Assembly: GCA_024679065.1 (NCBI GenBank)
Contig: JAGIQG010000004.1
Span: 73,222,001 to 73,286,000, forward strand
DNA: 64,000 bases
Reading direction: 5' to 3'
Source of the DNA: Sphyrna mokarran
Lineage: Eukaryota
Part shown: one piece after another, positions 26,077 to 37,997 of the stretch
How positions within the stretch are numbered: the first letter of the stretch is position 1
Layout of the letters: each line of letters opens with the position of its first letter
Notes under the pieces: model-generated
The model's input: only the letters and a program-made list of their open reading frames with translations
What the model was told of the DNA's origin: nothing
The model's database searches: none
Position numbers and translations under genes: made by a program

Positions 26077-28480
26077 TGTGATATATTTGTCCTATCTGGC
26101 TCATCCAAGAACTCTGACATACAAATGTGTGCAAAGGAAATGCAATGTGGAGCACGCAACAGAAACAACAGGTATGAGAGAGAACATACCGCAACAAATC
26201 TATGTTTATCGAGAGTTCCGGAATGTCATTCTCCAAATGCACAACACAAATGGTTATGAGGAAGGATAAAATGAATTGTGAGGATACAACCGCTGGCACA
26301 ACACCTGTGAGTATCCTGTTTTAATCAAAGTGTGAAGAAAAAGATATTCACTCAAATGCCTGTCTTTGGGCGAATAAACCCATTTGAGATGTTGAGATAT
26401 TGCCAGACATTGAGGGGCAGAGGCAGTAAAACCTGAATTGGCTGCCAGAAACGGAAATTTAGAAATGCATTAAAAAGAGCAAATAACCCTCAGAAGCAAG
26501 AGCTGTGATTTTGTATTTAAGTGGAACTTAAATTACAAAAAAACAAAGAGTTAGTGCAAAGTTTTTTTAAGAGATCACAGTGCAGTGTTTTGAGTGAAAA
26601 AAGGAAAAAATGCCCCATGGTACTGCAGCGAATTCCTCAAAAGCCACAGTAAACTGAAGAGGTTGAGGTTGCCGGACTAGGATCGGAAAAGAACCTGCAG
26701 GGGTTCCAGGCAGCAGTCCTTGCACTGCAGACAGAGTGGATCCAACGTGTTAAAGAGAAGTCCTCAACCTATTTAAAAGTTGGAAAGTTTTTAAAACAGA
26801 CCCTTGATCTCAAGAACACAGAATCTTCCTGTGAAATCAACAAAAGAAATGGGAACGTTAAAAAGCAGGAGTAAACAAACTCTCCAAATGACCAGAAAAA
26901 GAAGCTGCAGAGATATTGAGAGTGCTTTCCAGTCATCAAAAGGAAATGTTTTGGAGGTTTGGAAGAGAAAAACAGCCAGGATTTGTGCCAAAATTTAAAA
27001 ACTGCCGGAAAGACTTTGAAAATGAGGAGCTGCTGACAACAATACAAAATAATGACAATTTGAAAGCAGCAATGTATTTAAAATGGCAATGCATTTAATG
27101 TGGCAATATACTTAAAGCAGCAACCACAAGATGAAGCAAAACAGCAATGGACAGAAAAATTGGAGAGGAGGGAAACTCTCAAAATAAATGTCCATAAACA
27201 ATGCAAGACTCAGAAGAGGCAATGAAAACGTGGAAAAAGGGGCAATGGAAAACCCCAGAGGGCATTGAAAGACCCCAGACAAGGACACTGAAAGACCTCA
27301 GACACAGGGCAACAAAAACTCCCACAAGACGAGCAACAAGAGAGTTGCAGAATGGAAACAAGTTAACACTTCATCAGGGACAGACTGATGAACAGTGAAG
27401 CCAAATGAGTTTAGCTGAAGTTAAGTGTAGTGGAAATGAAGATTACATTTGTGAAATGTATATGTCCAGTCAGAACATAATGAATTCATCTCAAAAGTAA
27501 CACAGAAATTAGAGACTTCAGAAGAAACTAGAAACCACTGAACATAAAGAGGAACCAGCAAAAATAATTCAAGCTTTAGAGAGGACATTAAACTAATGAC
27601 TGACAGCAAACTTGAAAAAAAATTGCAAAAGTTTACAAAATGGAGTTAAGAAGAAAGAGAACTTTATGAGACAACGTAGAATAAGCTGAACACCACGAAA
27701 AAGCACCAGAAAATAAGCACCAGTCCAGTGAAGAAATGAATCAGAACAACAGTTTGAAGGAAGAAAACTTGAAAGTGGGAAATTAACTGAAGAGGTAAAA
27801 GCATTGAAACGGACAGCAATTCATTCAAAGAAATTGACATCACGTGACACACCAAGACTGTAAAAAAACTATCATGACACAAGACTATACTGTACTGTGC
27901 ATACATTATAATCTAAGATACTCAGAAGAGCACAGCTCAATGTGGGACTGGAGATTGGCACTGCCCACTGAATGATATGTAGGCACATGGTTAGAGAAGT
28001 CTTGGACAGAAATCAGTAACCACAAGTCTGTAAGGAAAAGTTCCATGCAAGACCATATTTGGAACTTTACATAGTTAAACCCAACCAATAAAACATTTAT
28101 CGTTAACAATAGAAGCCTCAAGATCTCATCGATGAGCCAGCGCCTCAACAAATTGTCACTGGTCTATCAGAACACAACACATGCCACAACCAAGACTTCT
28201 TTCACATTACTATGATGAAAAGGCAGCTGCATTCTGCATTCAATCTTCTAAAACTTCAAAAATCCAAGGAGATTTGCAACTATAACAAGCACAAGTGGAA
28301 TGGTGTGAAAGCAAGGCAAAGCACAATGTTTTTCTACCAGTCTTAGCTCAGAATTATTCCTCAGGGGAGAAATGGTTCGTGCCACAGTTCTTGCTCAAAC
28401 CGAACCGGTGTCTTACACAATCTGGACCTCAGATGACATCATCTAGAGGAGCCATGCAGACCATTTCTTTTGGGTGTAAC
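26077..28480 (+). mobile_element. Decayed Ty3/Gypsy element: putative 5' LTR, PBS, gag and integrase fragments
   Basis: TGT..ACA segment 26077-26246; PBS-like tggttatgagga (26251; ~TGGCGACGAGGA); gag start MPVFGRINPFE (~26356); knuckle relic FWRFGREKQP..FKNCRK; integrase YQNTTHATT..MKRQLHSAFNLLK..VLAQNYSSGEKW..ATVLAQTEPVSY..RSHADH. Confidence 0.75.
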
Positions 28481-29099
28481 CAAACAGGCGTGGAAGGAAA
28501 TTTGAGTTAAGAAGGTTCAGAATATAAGTAGCTATGCTTGCTGTACTTTGCAAACATTTAATGTAACTGAACATTTAAGATGTCGTGCAGTTATTAGCAG
28601 TCACGTTCTTTCATTTTTGTGCAGCAAAATTATTTCATTTTCCAACTGCGAACTTCTGTCTTCATTTTTTTCATAACTAAGTTTTTGGATTACAACAAAT
28701 AATAAAAATTTATCTCTACCAAGATCAGCACACTTATCGGAACATTTTTTTTCTCATTTTTGCTGACACAGTCTATTTTTTAATTAAAAGACAGATATAT
28801 AGTTAAGTCATAGCTTGACAGTTCTACAGACTTCATCCACTCTTCACAAGCATTTATTCTTGTCCTAAAAGTTCTCAATTCCCACACTGTGGGTTGCAGC
28901 TTTCCCTACAGCAAAAATAGCATCTGTTTGAAATTAACATGGAGTTCAAATGGCACTACCAAATTGGGGTCCCTGCCTCTGTGAATCATACCCCATCCCT
29001 TTTCTCCTATAGTCAAAAATAGAATGTCGGAAATGGGGGCAGAACTCCGGGTCTGGACTCTGTCTGCGATATTGAACACCCATGGAATCTCCACAATGC

Positions 29100-29872
29100 T
29101 TGTGGAATCTTCAGGAAATCCCAGGCCATGACAGGTTAAATTGCGTACTAAGAAGAATGAAGGGATACATTTTGGTAGGGAGAAAAAGAAGAGGCAATAT
29201 AAAACAAAGGGTACAATTCAAAAGGGGATGCAAAGCGACATGGGGATGTGTGTGCACAAATCATTCAAGGTGGCAGCTCATAAGAAGAGCACAATTAATA
29301 AAGCATTCCGAATTTTGCGCTTTATAAATAGAAGCATAGAGTACAAAAGCATATACGTTATGATGAACCTTCATAAAACTCTGATTCAGCCTTAACTCTT
29401 TCTAGGCATCACACTTTGGGAAGGATGTGAAGGCTAGAGACAGAATGCAGAAAAGATTTATAAAAATTGCTCCAGTGAGTGTCAGTTATCTGAATAAATA
29501 GGGAAAGATGGAGCTGTTCTCCTCACAAGGTCAAGAGGAAACTTGATACAAATCAGAAGGGATCTGATGGAGAGGAATTGTTCCTATTGGTGATAAGGTC
29601 AAGACCCAGAAAACACTGATTTAAGCTGACTAGCGGAAGAACCAAAGACAATATGAGAGGAAGCTTTTTTATGCAACTAGTAATTTGGATCCCAAATGCA
29701 CCGGCTGAGAATGTGGTGACATATTTAATGGAAGCTTTCACAAACAATTTGGATAAGAACCCAAAGAGAAAAAAATTGCAGGCCTACGGGAAAAGAGCTA
29801 ACTCGGTTGCTCTTGAAGACAGCCGAAATGCATGATGCAATGGGCCAAATGGTCCCCTTCTATGCTGCAACC
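29100..29872 (+). mobile_element. CR1 LINE 3' fragment
   Basis: VHKSFKVA..INKAFRILRFINRSIEYKS; MRGSFFMQLVIWIPNAP; tail gggccaaatgg. Confidence 0.85.
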
Positions 29873-30384
29873 AGGGCCTGAGATTGCATCCAGTAAAGAG
29901 GGCACCATGGGAGAAGACCCCCTCTCAACAGGGTGCTGAGGTGAGTCAGACAGGACATGAGGGTGCAGGATTGATTGGTGATAATAAGGGGGGGATGGTC
30001 GCCTGCAGGAAGCTATGGGTCATAGGCTGTCCAATTAAGACAGCCATCTTTGCTACCTAACACTGAGCTTCCAGGCAGGCCATTAAAATAGCGACAGCGA
30101 TGGGAAGATGGCCTTAATTGACTTAGTTAGTCTCTAGGCAGGAAGGCCATTTTCTTCAGCACTGGTAAAATGCATGGCGATGGGAAGATGGCATTCCACA
30201 TTCCCTGCCTTCCCTTTTCATTTTGTGTGTCTCCTCTTAGTAGGTTTTCTAACCACAGAGGGATCACAGCTGTTTTCAATCCTAACCTCACCTGACTGTA
30301 CCACATACATTTTTAATGGATAACTGGTAATAAGGATCAGGAACTTGGACTGATTTTCCCTAACTCAGTGACACAGAGCAGAGC

Positions 30385-31232
30385 ATAGAACATTATAGCG
30401 CAGTACATGCCTTTCAGCCCTCAATGTTGCACCGACCCGTGAAACCAATCTAAAGCCCATCTAATCTACACTATTCCAATATCATCCATATGTTTATCAA
30501 TGACCATTTAAATGCCCTTAATGTGTTGGCAAATCCATTATTGTTGCAGGCAAGGCAACCATGCTCTTACTACTCTCTGAATAAAGAACAACATCTGACA
30601 TCTATCCTACGTCAATCACCCTCGTGCTAGCCATCACCATCTGAGGAAAATGGTTCTCATTGTCCACCCTATTTCATCCTCTGATCATCATATATGCCTC
30701 TATTAAGTTGCCTCTTAACCTTCTTCTCTCTAATAAAAACAGCCTCATGTCCTTTGGCCTTTCCTCATAAGACCTTCGCACCACACCAGAAAACATCCTG
30801 TTAAATCTCCTCTGCACCTTTCCAATGTATCCACATCCTTCCTATAATGCAGCGACCAGGACTGTACACAATACTTCAAATGCAGCTGCATCAGAGTTTT
30901 GTACAGTTGCAACATGACCTCATGGGTCCTAAACTCAATCCCTCTACCAATAAAAACTAACACACTGTACTCCTCCTTAACAAACCTATCAACTTTCAGG
31001 GATATATGCACACAGACATCGAGATCTCTCTGCTCAACCACACTGCCAAGTAACTTACCATTCGTCTAGTAATCTGTATTTCCTGTTAATCCTTGCAAAG
31101 TGAATCACTTCACACTTTTCTGCATTAAACTCCATTTGCCACCTCTCAGCCCAGCTCTGCAGCTTATCTATGTCCCTCTGTAACCTGTAATATCCTTCCA
31201 CACTGTCCACAACTCCACCAACTTTAGTGTCA
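30385..31232 (-). mobile_element. CR1/HER1 LINE 3' fragment
   Basis: DTKVGGVVDS..LQRDIDKLQSWAERWQMEFNAEKC; EQRDL..GRGIEFR..YCVQ. Confidence 0.92.
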
Positions 31233-31382
31233 AATCCATGCAAACCTTGATAACCTATTTTTGCCTTGCCTGAGATCAGCTTACTGAATGCATACTGAGA
31301 TTTTTCTGGTTTGTATGCCTTAGCTAATCACCACTTTAAGCAGGTAAATCATTCAATCACTGAATTTATTAAAAATCCCTTT

Positions 31383-32338
31383 TCTTACAATCAGGTGAGG
31401 AAGGGTCGAATGGCTCTCCTCTATTCCCTCTCCTTATTTGACCGCAACAAGTTTTTTAAAAAAATGGAAAACTTGCTAATTCCATGAATGTTTAATTCTT
31501 TAGCTGCTTTGAAAATAAAACACATGATTAGACATGTTTCTTGAGTTTTTACATGTGCTTAACCAGTCTAAGGAAAATATAAAAAATTCACACACACTGG
31601 GAAGGATAGGTTAAGTAATTTGAAATTTATTAAAATTAAAAGGATACAGCTTTTCAAGGTTGGCTTCAGGCTGCTTTCACTCAGCGGTCCTGTTGCTTTT
31701 AACATTAGGCGGTTTTATGCTGTAGACAAAGAAATTAACTATTCTTCAGGAGTCAGGGCCGCTTTCTTATTAAAATCTCTGTTGGTAGCACCTACACAGT
31801 CAAAATCACCAGGCAGATCTAAAAATTTGCAAGTTGGATGGAGGTGGGGATGGAGATAGAAATAAGGTATCCGCTTAGGATTCTGTTCCTTCAGTGTCTC
31901 AGTAGTTTGTTTTGTTCCATTCTGAATCAAAAACAAATGCTTAAAAACACAAAGTGGATATGGGAGAGGAAGTGATGTGGGGGGTGGTTCTGATATGAGG
32001 GAGATAAGTGAAACATTAACGTGGAGGGCAGGTGTAAAGTCAACATTGGGAGCAGGGAGGCTGAAAGCTTCATTGTGAGATCTGGGGAGAGCACTATGGC
32101 AGCTCAATTTGAATATATTAATAAATGGTCCCACCTCTTCATGGCAGGACACTCGGATATCTCATTACTTCTGCCATTAAAAAGATTTTATGCGAGCAGC
32201 ATTTCAACGATATATTCCACATGTTTAAATCTTTAACTACACCTTGCTGACCTCCCAATAATCCTGGGATATGAGCCTGAAAATGAAGGGTTTGAAATTC
32301 ATACAGCTCTGTCTTCCAACTCTGAATCCATGTCGACA
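31383..32338. mobile_element. Solo LTR-like repeat (~950 bp)
   Basis: tcttacaatcaggtgagg..tttgaccgcaacaag start, ...tgtcgaca end; no TSD seen. Confidence 0.4.
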
Positions 32339-33092
32339 AGCAGTAGGCTAATGGATGGTGGGAGCTCATTAAATTTTCCTGCAGCACAGGACTAAGCACC
32401 CTATCAATTAGTACAAAGGTCGTTGCCGCCAATAAATGAGCATTTCTAGATGCTTTGATTCACTATTTATCCTGTCAGACAGCGAATCGGCCAGCAAACC
32501 CTTCCATGACTTTGCTCTGTTCTTTAAAGGAAATGTGTGAGGATATAAAAACACAAACTCATCATCTGAAAGAACGCTTTGAAAATTTACATGAAGGAAG
32601 CCCCTCGTTAAATCTTTGCTAATTTTTGTAATGCGCATCTTGTTTCAAGTTTGGAATCTGGAATCATTTAAGCAGCTGTTTCTTCAATCAGCAATCAATC
32701 GCTAAGATCAGAAGACAAAAGGTTGAGAGGTTCATTATAGATGTGGGAAGGATAAATGCACAAGCTTCATGATTTTGAAACATTTCATCAAGGTACGCCA
32801 GATTTGAATCAAAAGGAGACATTTCAAACATAGGTAACAAAACCTCTCTGCCTACTTCAAAAACCTCATTATGAACATGCTAAAGGTGGCAAAAAGAAGA
32901 ATCTGAGTTTGCTGCTCTTAATGAATCAGCAATACATTTACACTTCAAAGATTCTTTGCACAGGAGCAAATCCTCTTTCGTTATGGTCTCTCCTCTACGT
33001 TTCTTTACAGTAGTTGAAATCAAGTTTCAAAAATGAATTTGTACGTGGCTCAATTTCCACATATTTTAAACATGGAACTTAAATGTAAAATG

Positions 33093-33895
33093 TGCTTTCA
33101 AATAGCCAAGCAATCTCAAACAGACCATTGTTCACAGCAAACTACCCAGCCTTCAGGAGAACAGCGATCATGATACCACACAACCCTGCCACAGCAACTT
33201 TTACAAGATGTGCCGGATCATCGACATGGATACCAGCATCAAGCACCGTCTACTAGGTACATAGTGCATACTCATGCGACTCGGCCAACGTTGTCCACCT
33301 TCAAAGATGTGGAACATCAGTGAGACCATGCAGACGCCACAGCAACGGATTAGCAGACACTGTGCGACAGTTGCCAGGTAGGAGTGTTCCCTTTTAATTG
33401 GGGAGCACTTCGACAGTCAAGAGCATTCAGCCTCTGATATTCAGGTAAGCATTCTCCAAGACAGCCTTCAAGCCACACGGCAATGCAGAATCACCAAGCA
33501 GAAATTAATAGCCAAGTTCCACAACCATGAAAACGGCCTCAAACAGGATCTTGGTTTCATGTCACACTACAAGTAACCCCTACCATTTCACCTGAGTTTG
33601 CAAAATCTTTCTAATTGTCCTGGCTGGAGACAATTCACACCTCGAATCTGTGATAATCCCTTTCTCTACTAGCACTATCTGTACCTGTAAAGATCTGATT
33701 ACCTGTAAAGATTCACATTCCAACCATTATCTTGCAATGTGTCTTGGTTTATATATGCCGTGTTTGTGAAACATATCTCTCCATTCTTCTGATAAAGGAG
33801 CAGCACTCTGAAAGCTCGTGACTGCAAATAAACCTGTTGGACTTTAATCTATGTTGTGAGACTTCTTATTGTGACCACCCAATCCAACGTTGATA
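33093..33895 (+). mobile_element. Penelope-like element 3' part: GIY-YIG endonuclease relic and pseudo-LTR
   Basis: NLKQTIVHSKLPS..QPCHS..CRII..YSCDSANVV..ISETMQ..GEHF..KLIAKF..NGLKQDLGFMSHYK* (TAA 33574-33576); decayed hammerhead ctgataa..gaaagctc at 33789-33817. Confidence 0.9.
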
Positions 33896-33969
33896 TTTAA
33901 GATCAAGCACAGTAGCTTGGTTGAAGATTTTAGATTACATTTCAGCTTCATTTGAAGCAATTTTTAAAA

Positions 33970-34178
33970 GCCGCATCTTGACCTTTTGGCTAAGATGCAA
34001 ATGAAGTCAAACCTTGGAGGAGGAGTTTTGCCTACTCCAATCAGCTTGGATCATGTCAATCAAGCCTAAGACAGGAGATGAGAGCCCCATCTTGTCAGCT
34101 TGGATCAGGAATGTCTCAACTTGTTGAAACTCTGAATTGGACTTGATTAAATTGAATTGGAATGTAAACAAAAAAAAA
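33970..34178 (+). mobile_element. U2 snRNA-derived retroposed element (SINEU-like or U2-variant retrocopy)
   Basis: gccgcatcttgaccttttggctaagatgcaa vs U2 ATCGCTTCTCGGCCTTTTGGCTAAGATCAA; tcttgtcagcttggatcaggaatgtc vs U2 TCTTATCAGTTTAATATCTGATACGTC; A-rich tail; 5' flank ttttt/aaaa. Confidence 0.7.
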
Positions 34179-35000
34179 CTACTGGCTTGAAATTAGTGGT
34201 CACAGTACTATCACAAAAAAGCTATCTCACAATTATTTATTTTTAAAGATTTCAATTCATTTGGTTTAGTGTCAGAAAAACAGAATTTGCACATCCATGC
34301 CCATTCACCTCCTATGCATTCTGTACATAACAATATAGCTCTATAAAGTTTTGTAAGCAAGATCATTCAAAGTCATTCATTCATAACTTCCTCCATTCTT
34401 GAAAATAAACTGCTCTTACTCCACCCCTATAAAAGTGTCAGTCATCCAAAGCACTGAAAGTAAGAACAGCTTAAACTGCAAGTATTTGATAGCTAATTAT
34501 TTTGTGTAAATAAATAATGGACAAGAGAAAGAGATGTCAATCAAGCATGCCTTCCCTTGGGTGCAGATGTCTGACCCGGCTAATGTATGTCTAGCCTTGG
34601 AGAGGGAAGTGTGTGGAGGATGAGACGGTCTGAGGGGTAAGGGCTAGCAGGCTGTTTATTTATTTCAACGTAACCAGGACAAGGTCCCAGAACAGCAAGG
34701 TAGGCCCTTTTAAACAGTCCACCTCAGCACCTAGCAACAACTCTTTCTAATTCTTTCCAGGTCCAAATCCAGTCAGCTTCTATTAAAAAGCATAAATCCC
34801 ACATTTTCAGGCACTTTCTTCCAAGACACATACACTAATGGGGAAATTTCCTGATTCTGGCTAATCACCTCTAGGATGAAAATCCAATCCACAGTATCAC
34901 AAAATAGATTTGTTAAATGCCCTCTGCATATCCAAATACAGAAGATCATCTGCATTAACATTAGCGACTCTTTCCATTTTTTTATTTAAGAGCTCAAAAA

Positions 35001-35356
35001 GGGAGACAGTGGCATAGTGCTATTGTCACTGCAGTAGGGACCCAGGGTAATGATCTAGGGGCTTGGGATCAAATCCCACCATCGTAGAATGTGAAATCTG
35101 AATTCAATAAATATTTGTAATTGAAAGTCTTTGTGGTCAATTATTGTAAAAACCCATCTGGTTCACTAATGTCTTTTAGGGAAGGAAATCTGCCATCCCT
35201 ATCTGATCTGGCCTACATGTGAGTCCAAGTCCCCAGCAATGTGACTGATCTCTAAATGCCCTCTGAAAATGGTCTAGCTCTGTTCAAGGGAAATTAGGGA
35301 TGGCCAATAAATGCTGGCTCAGCCAGCAACACCCAAATCTCATGAGTGAATTAAAA
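35001..35356 (+). mobile_element. tRNA-derived SINE sharing its 3' tail with the 13200/14965 LINE family
   Basis: A-box tggcatagtg, B-box-like ggatcaaatcc; tail aattagggatggccaataaatgctggctcagccagcaacacccaaatc. Confidence 0.8.
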
Positions 35357-35379
35357 GTAACAAGTTAGTAAAACATAAT

Positions 35380-35845
35380 TTACAAGAATTGTTCCAGGAA
35401 TGAGAAACTTCAGTGGATAGTTTGGAGGGGTTTGGACTGTTGTTTTTAGAGAGAAGGCAGCTAAGAGGAGATTTGATAAAGATGTTAAATATAATGAGTA
35501 GAGTGGAAGATTAAATAGGGAGAAACTGTACCTGCTTATAAAATGATCAAGAATGAGACAGGACAGATTTGAAATGATTGGCAAAAGAAGCAAATGTGAG
35601 AACAAACATTTTCACACAGCCAGTGATTTGGGTCTAGAATGCACTACCTGGAAGAGTGCTGGAAGCAGGTTCAATCGATACATTCAAGAGGACATCAGAT
35701 AATTATTTGAACTGAAACAATGTACAGGGGTGCAGAAAAAGCCAGAAAGAATGCACTAAACCATAATGCTAATTTGGAGAGCTGGTGCAGATACGATAGG
35801 CTAAATTGCATCCTTCTGCACTGCAACAATACTGTAATACTATGA
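35380..35845 (+). mobile_element. CR1 3' end
   Basis: FTRIVPGMRN..LEKAAKRRF-like sequence; tail ccttctgcactg. Confidence 0.75.
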
Positions 35846-36907
35846 TCTTGCCTTTAACAACTCTATGCTGTCTTTATTATTCCATATTGTTTCAAACGAT
35901 CAGTTAATTTTGTCCCAGGTTGCAGCCTGTAAAAATTTCCTCACTTCTATTTGTAATTGCCCGGTTAATCTTTCTCCCCCTTTTCAAACTGGACTGCAAC
36001 ATTTGCAAACATCTGATGTCATCATACATTGAAGGAGAATTTGAAGATCACCGTCAGAACCTCTGGAATTTCTATCCTTACTTTGCTCCATAAACTCAAT
36101 TGCGCCCCAAGCAGACCAGGTAGACTTTCTGTCTTAACGGCTACAAACCTTTTAAGAGCATCCTTTTAATTTATTTTTACCCAATCCAGTATCACTACAA
36201 CCACGTTTTATGCAACTATATTTATAGCATCTTCTCTTGGGAAGAGAGACGTAAAATACTAATTTTGCACCCCTGCCATGATGTCTACCTCCAAAAGAAT
36301 ATTTTCATTTAGGTCTTGAATCGATACACACTTCTTTTCACTATCAGTGCCTTCATAAAATAATTTTGAGTTTCTATTCATGTTAGCCACTAACCTATTC
36401 ATGTACCTCTTTTATTTCCTTTTAAAGATCTCCTCTGCACTTTCTATTTTCAGCTTGGTTCCTGCATTTGTCATAGGTATCCTTTCTCTGTCACATTTTA
36501 GTTTCAAAGAAGTTTTAAGATTCCTAAATCCATTCAGATTACCTCATTGCTGAAAATCTAGTCAGCATCCTGGAATTTTTTTGCTGAAGAGTTCACATGA
36601 CTGACTGAACTAAATCAAGCAATGAAAACTATGCTGAATCACTTTATTAGAACAAAGTAGAAGAGTGCACTTGCATATTGATTGAGACGCTTGACATCAA
36701 TAACACAAATTGGCTATCTCCCGTTCTTGAGTAAAATTAAGAAGGTCACAATGATTAGTTGGTTTTCTCAAGTTTGACTCACAATCATTTAATTCATGAC
36801 TGTGCATTTCCTTCTATTTGCTGTATGTCTATATACCAGTGACCAGGCTATAATGGTAATGTGTGCATTATTTGAGAAGTAGGTACCTGAATTTATTACA
36901 ACACGTT

Positions 36908-37222
36908 CATAGAATCATAGAACGTTAAAATACAGAAGGAAACTATCCAGCCCGTAGTACCAGTTCACAAAACACCAGCTCATGAAAGGACCACCGAATT
37001 ATTCTCCTGCTCTTCAACCAAAGTCTTGCAAATTTTTCAACTACTTACCCATACTGCTTTGAGTTCTAATTGAACTTGCTTTCATCATCCATCCTATCAA
37101 GCAGCACATTCCAGATCATAATAATTTGCCTTTCATCTCATCTCTGCTTTGTTTTAACCAATCATCTTAAATCTCTGTCTCTGGTCCTCAACCTTTCAGC
37201 CAGCGCAAACAGTTTCTCCTTC
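36908..37222 (-). mobile_element. CR1 3' tail fragment
   Basis: catagaatcatagaa..acagaaggaaactatccagcccg start; antisense WNVLLD-like sequence. Confidence 0.65.
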
Positions 37223-37773
37223 CTGTCAGGACTGTAACATCCTAAGGATACAAAGCATTGTGTCAATTCATTATAACATGAGTTGATGAGGGGTAGATCC
37301 TTCTTAACAATTGCAGGGAAACAAGACATACTGTGAAGAACTGGAGAAATTATGATTTACAATGCAGTTTCATTAATGTTGATTTGATACTTTCTTTGTC
37401 TGGGAAATGACATTTATCATTGAATAGGGACATAGTATTCATGTCATCTCTTCCAGATATATGCTTTAAAATGCCTGAAAGGATGTCAGATAAAGGGGCA
37501 AGCAAAATAATTTTACTTGCAACAATCAGACATTTTTTCACTATGTAAAACTATTCTCAAGTGCTGCTGCAATTTTGGACTTTACATATTGAATGCTTTC
37601 TTTTTGAAAGGAATACTGCTATATATATTGAATTATGTTAAACCTAGCCAATCTCCAATAGGTTTATAGGTTTGAGGTAACAGGTTTGAAATGTAATTAT
37701 GATGTTCAGTCTCATTCCAAATCAGGAAACAGTCACAGTATGTACTGTCACAGTTGGGAGATTAGGAAACAAG

Positions 37774-37910
37774 GGGCAAAATTTTACGACTTGTCACAGC
37801 GGGAACAGAGTGGGTTGGGGCTAGAAAACGTGGCAAATTTTTCAAAAACTCCATTGACTTTGGCAGGACCAGAAGATCCTACCAGTGGGAAAAGCCATAA
37901 TATTCCATCC
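37774..37910. mobile_element. Short MITE (Harbinger-type)
   Basis: gggcaaaattttac start; internal ccattgactttggcagg shared in antisense with 46535 and 52829; right TIR degraded. Confidence 0.5.
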
Positions 37911-37997
37911 AGAGAAGGGGGAGCAGGAGGATGAATGACTGCAGGATTCCAGGGCCCAGTGCACACTGAGGGGGAGAGTCCAACAGACGGTGTGAAA

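Noticed and set aside
33970-34178. Functional U2 snRNA gene
   Set aside because: Lacks the GTAGTA branch-pairing sequence, the Sm site and the 3' stems; has an A-tail and no obvious snRNA promoter
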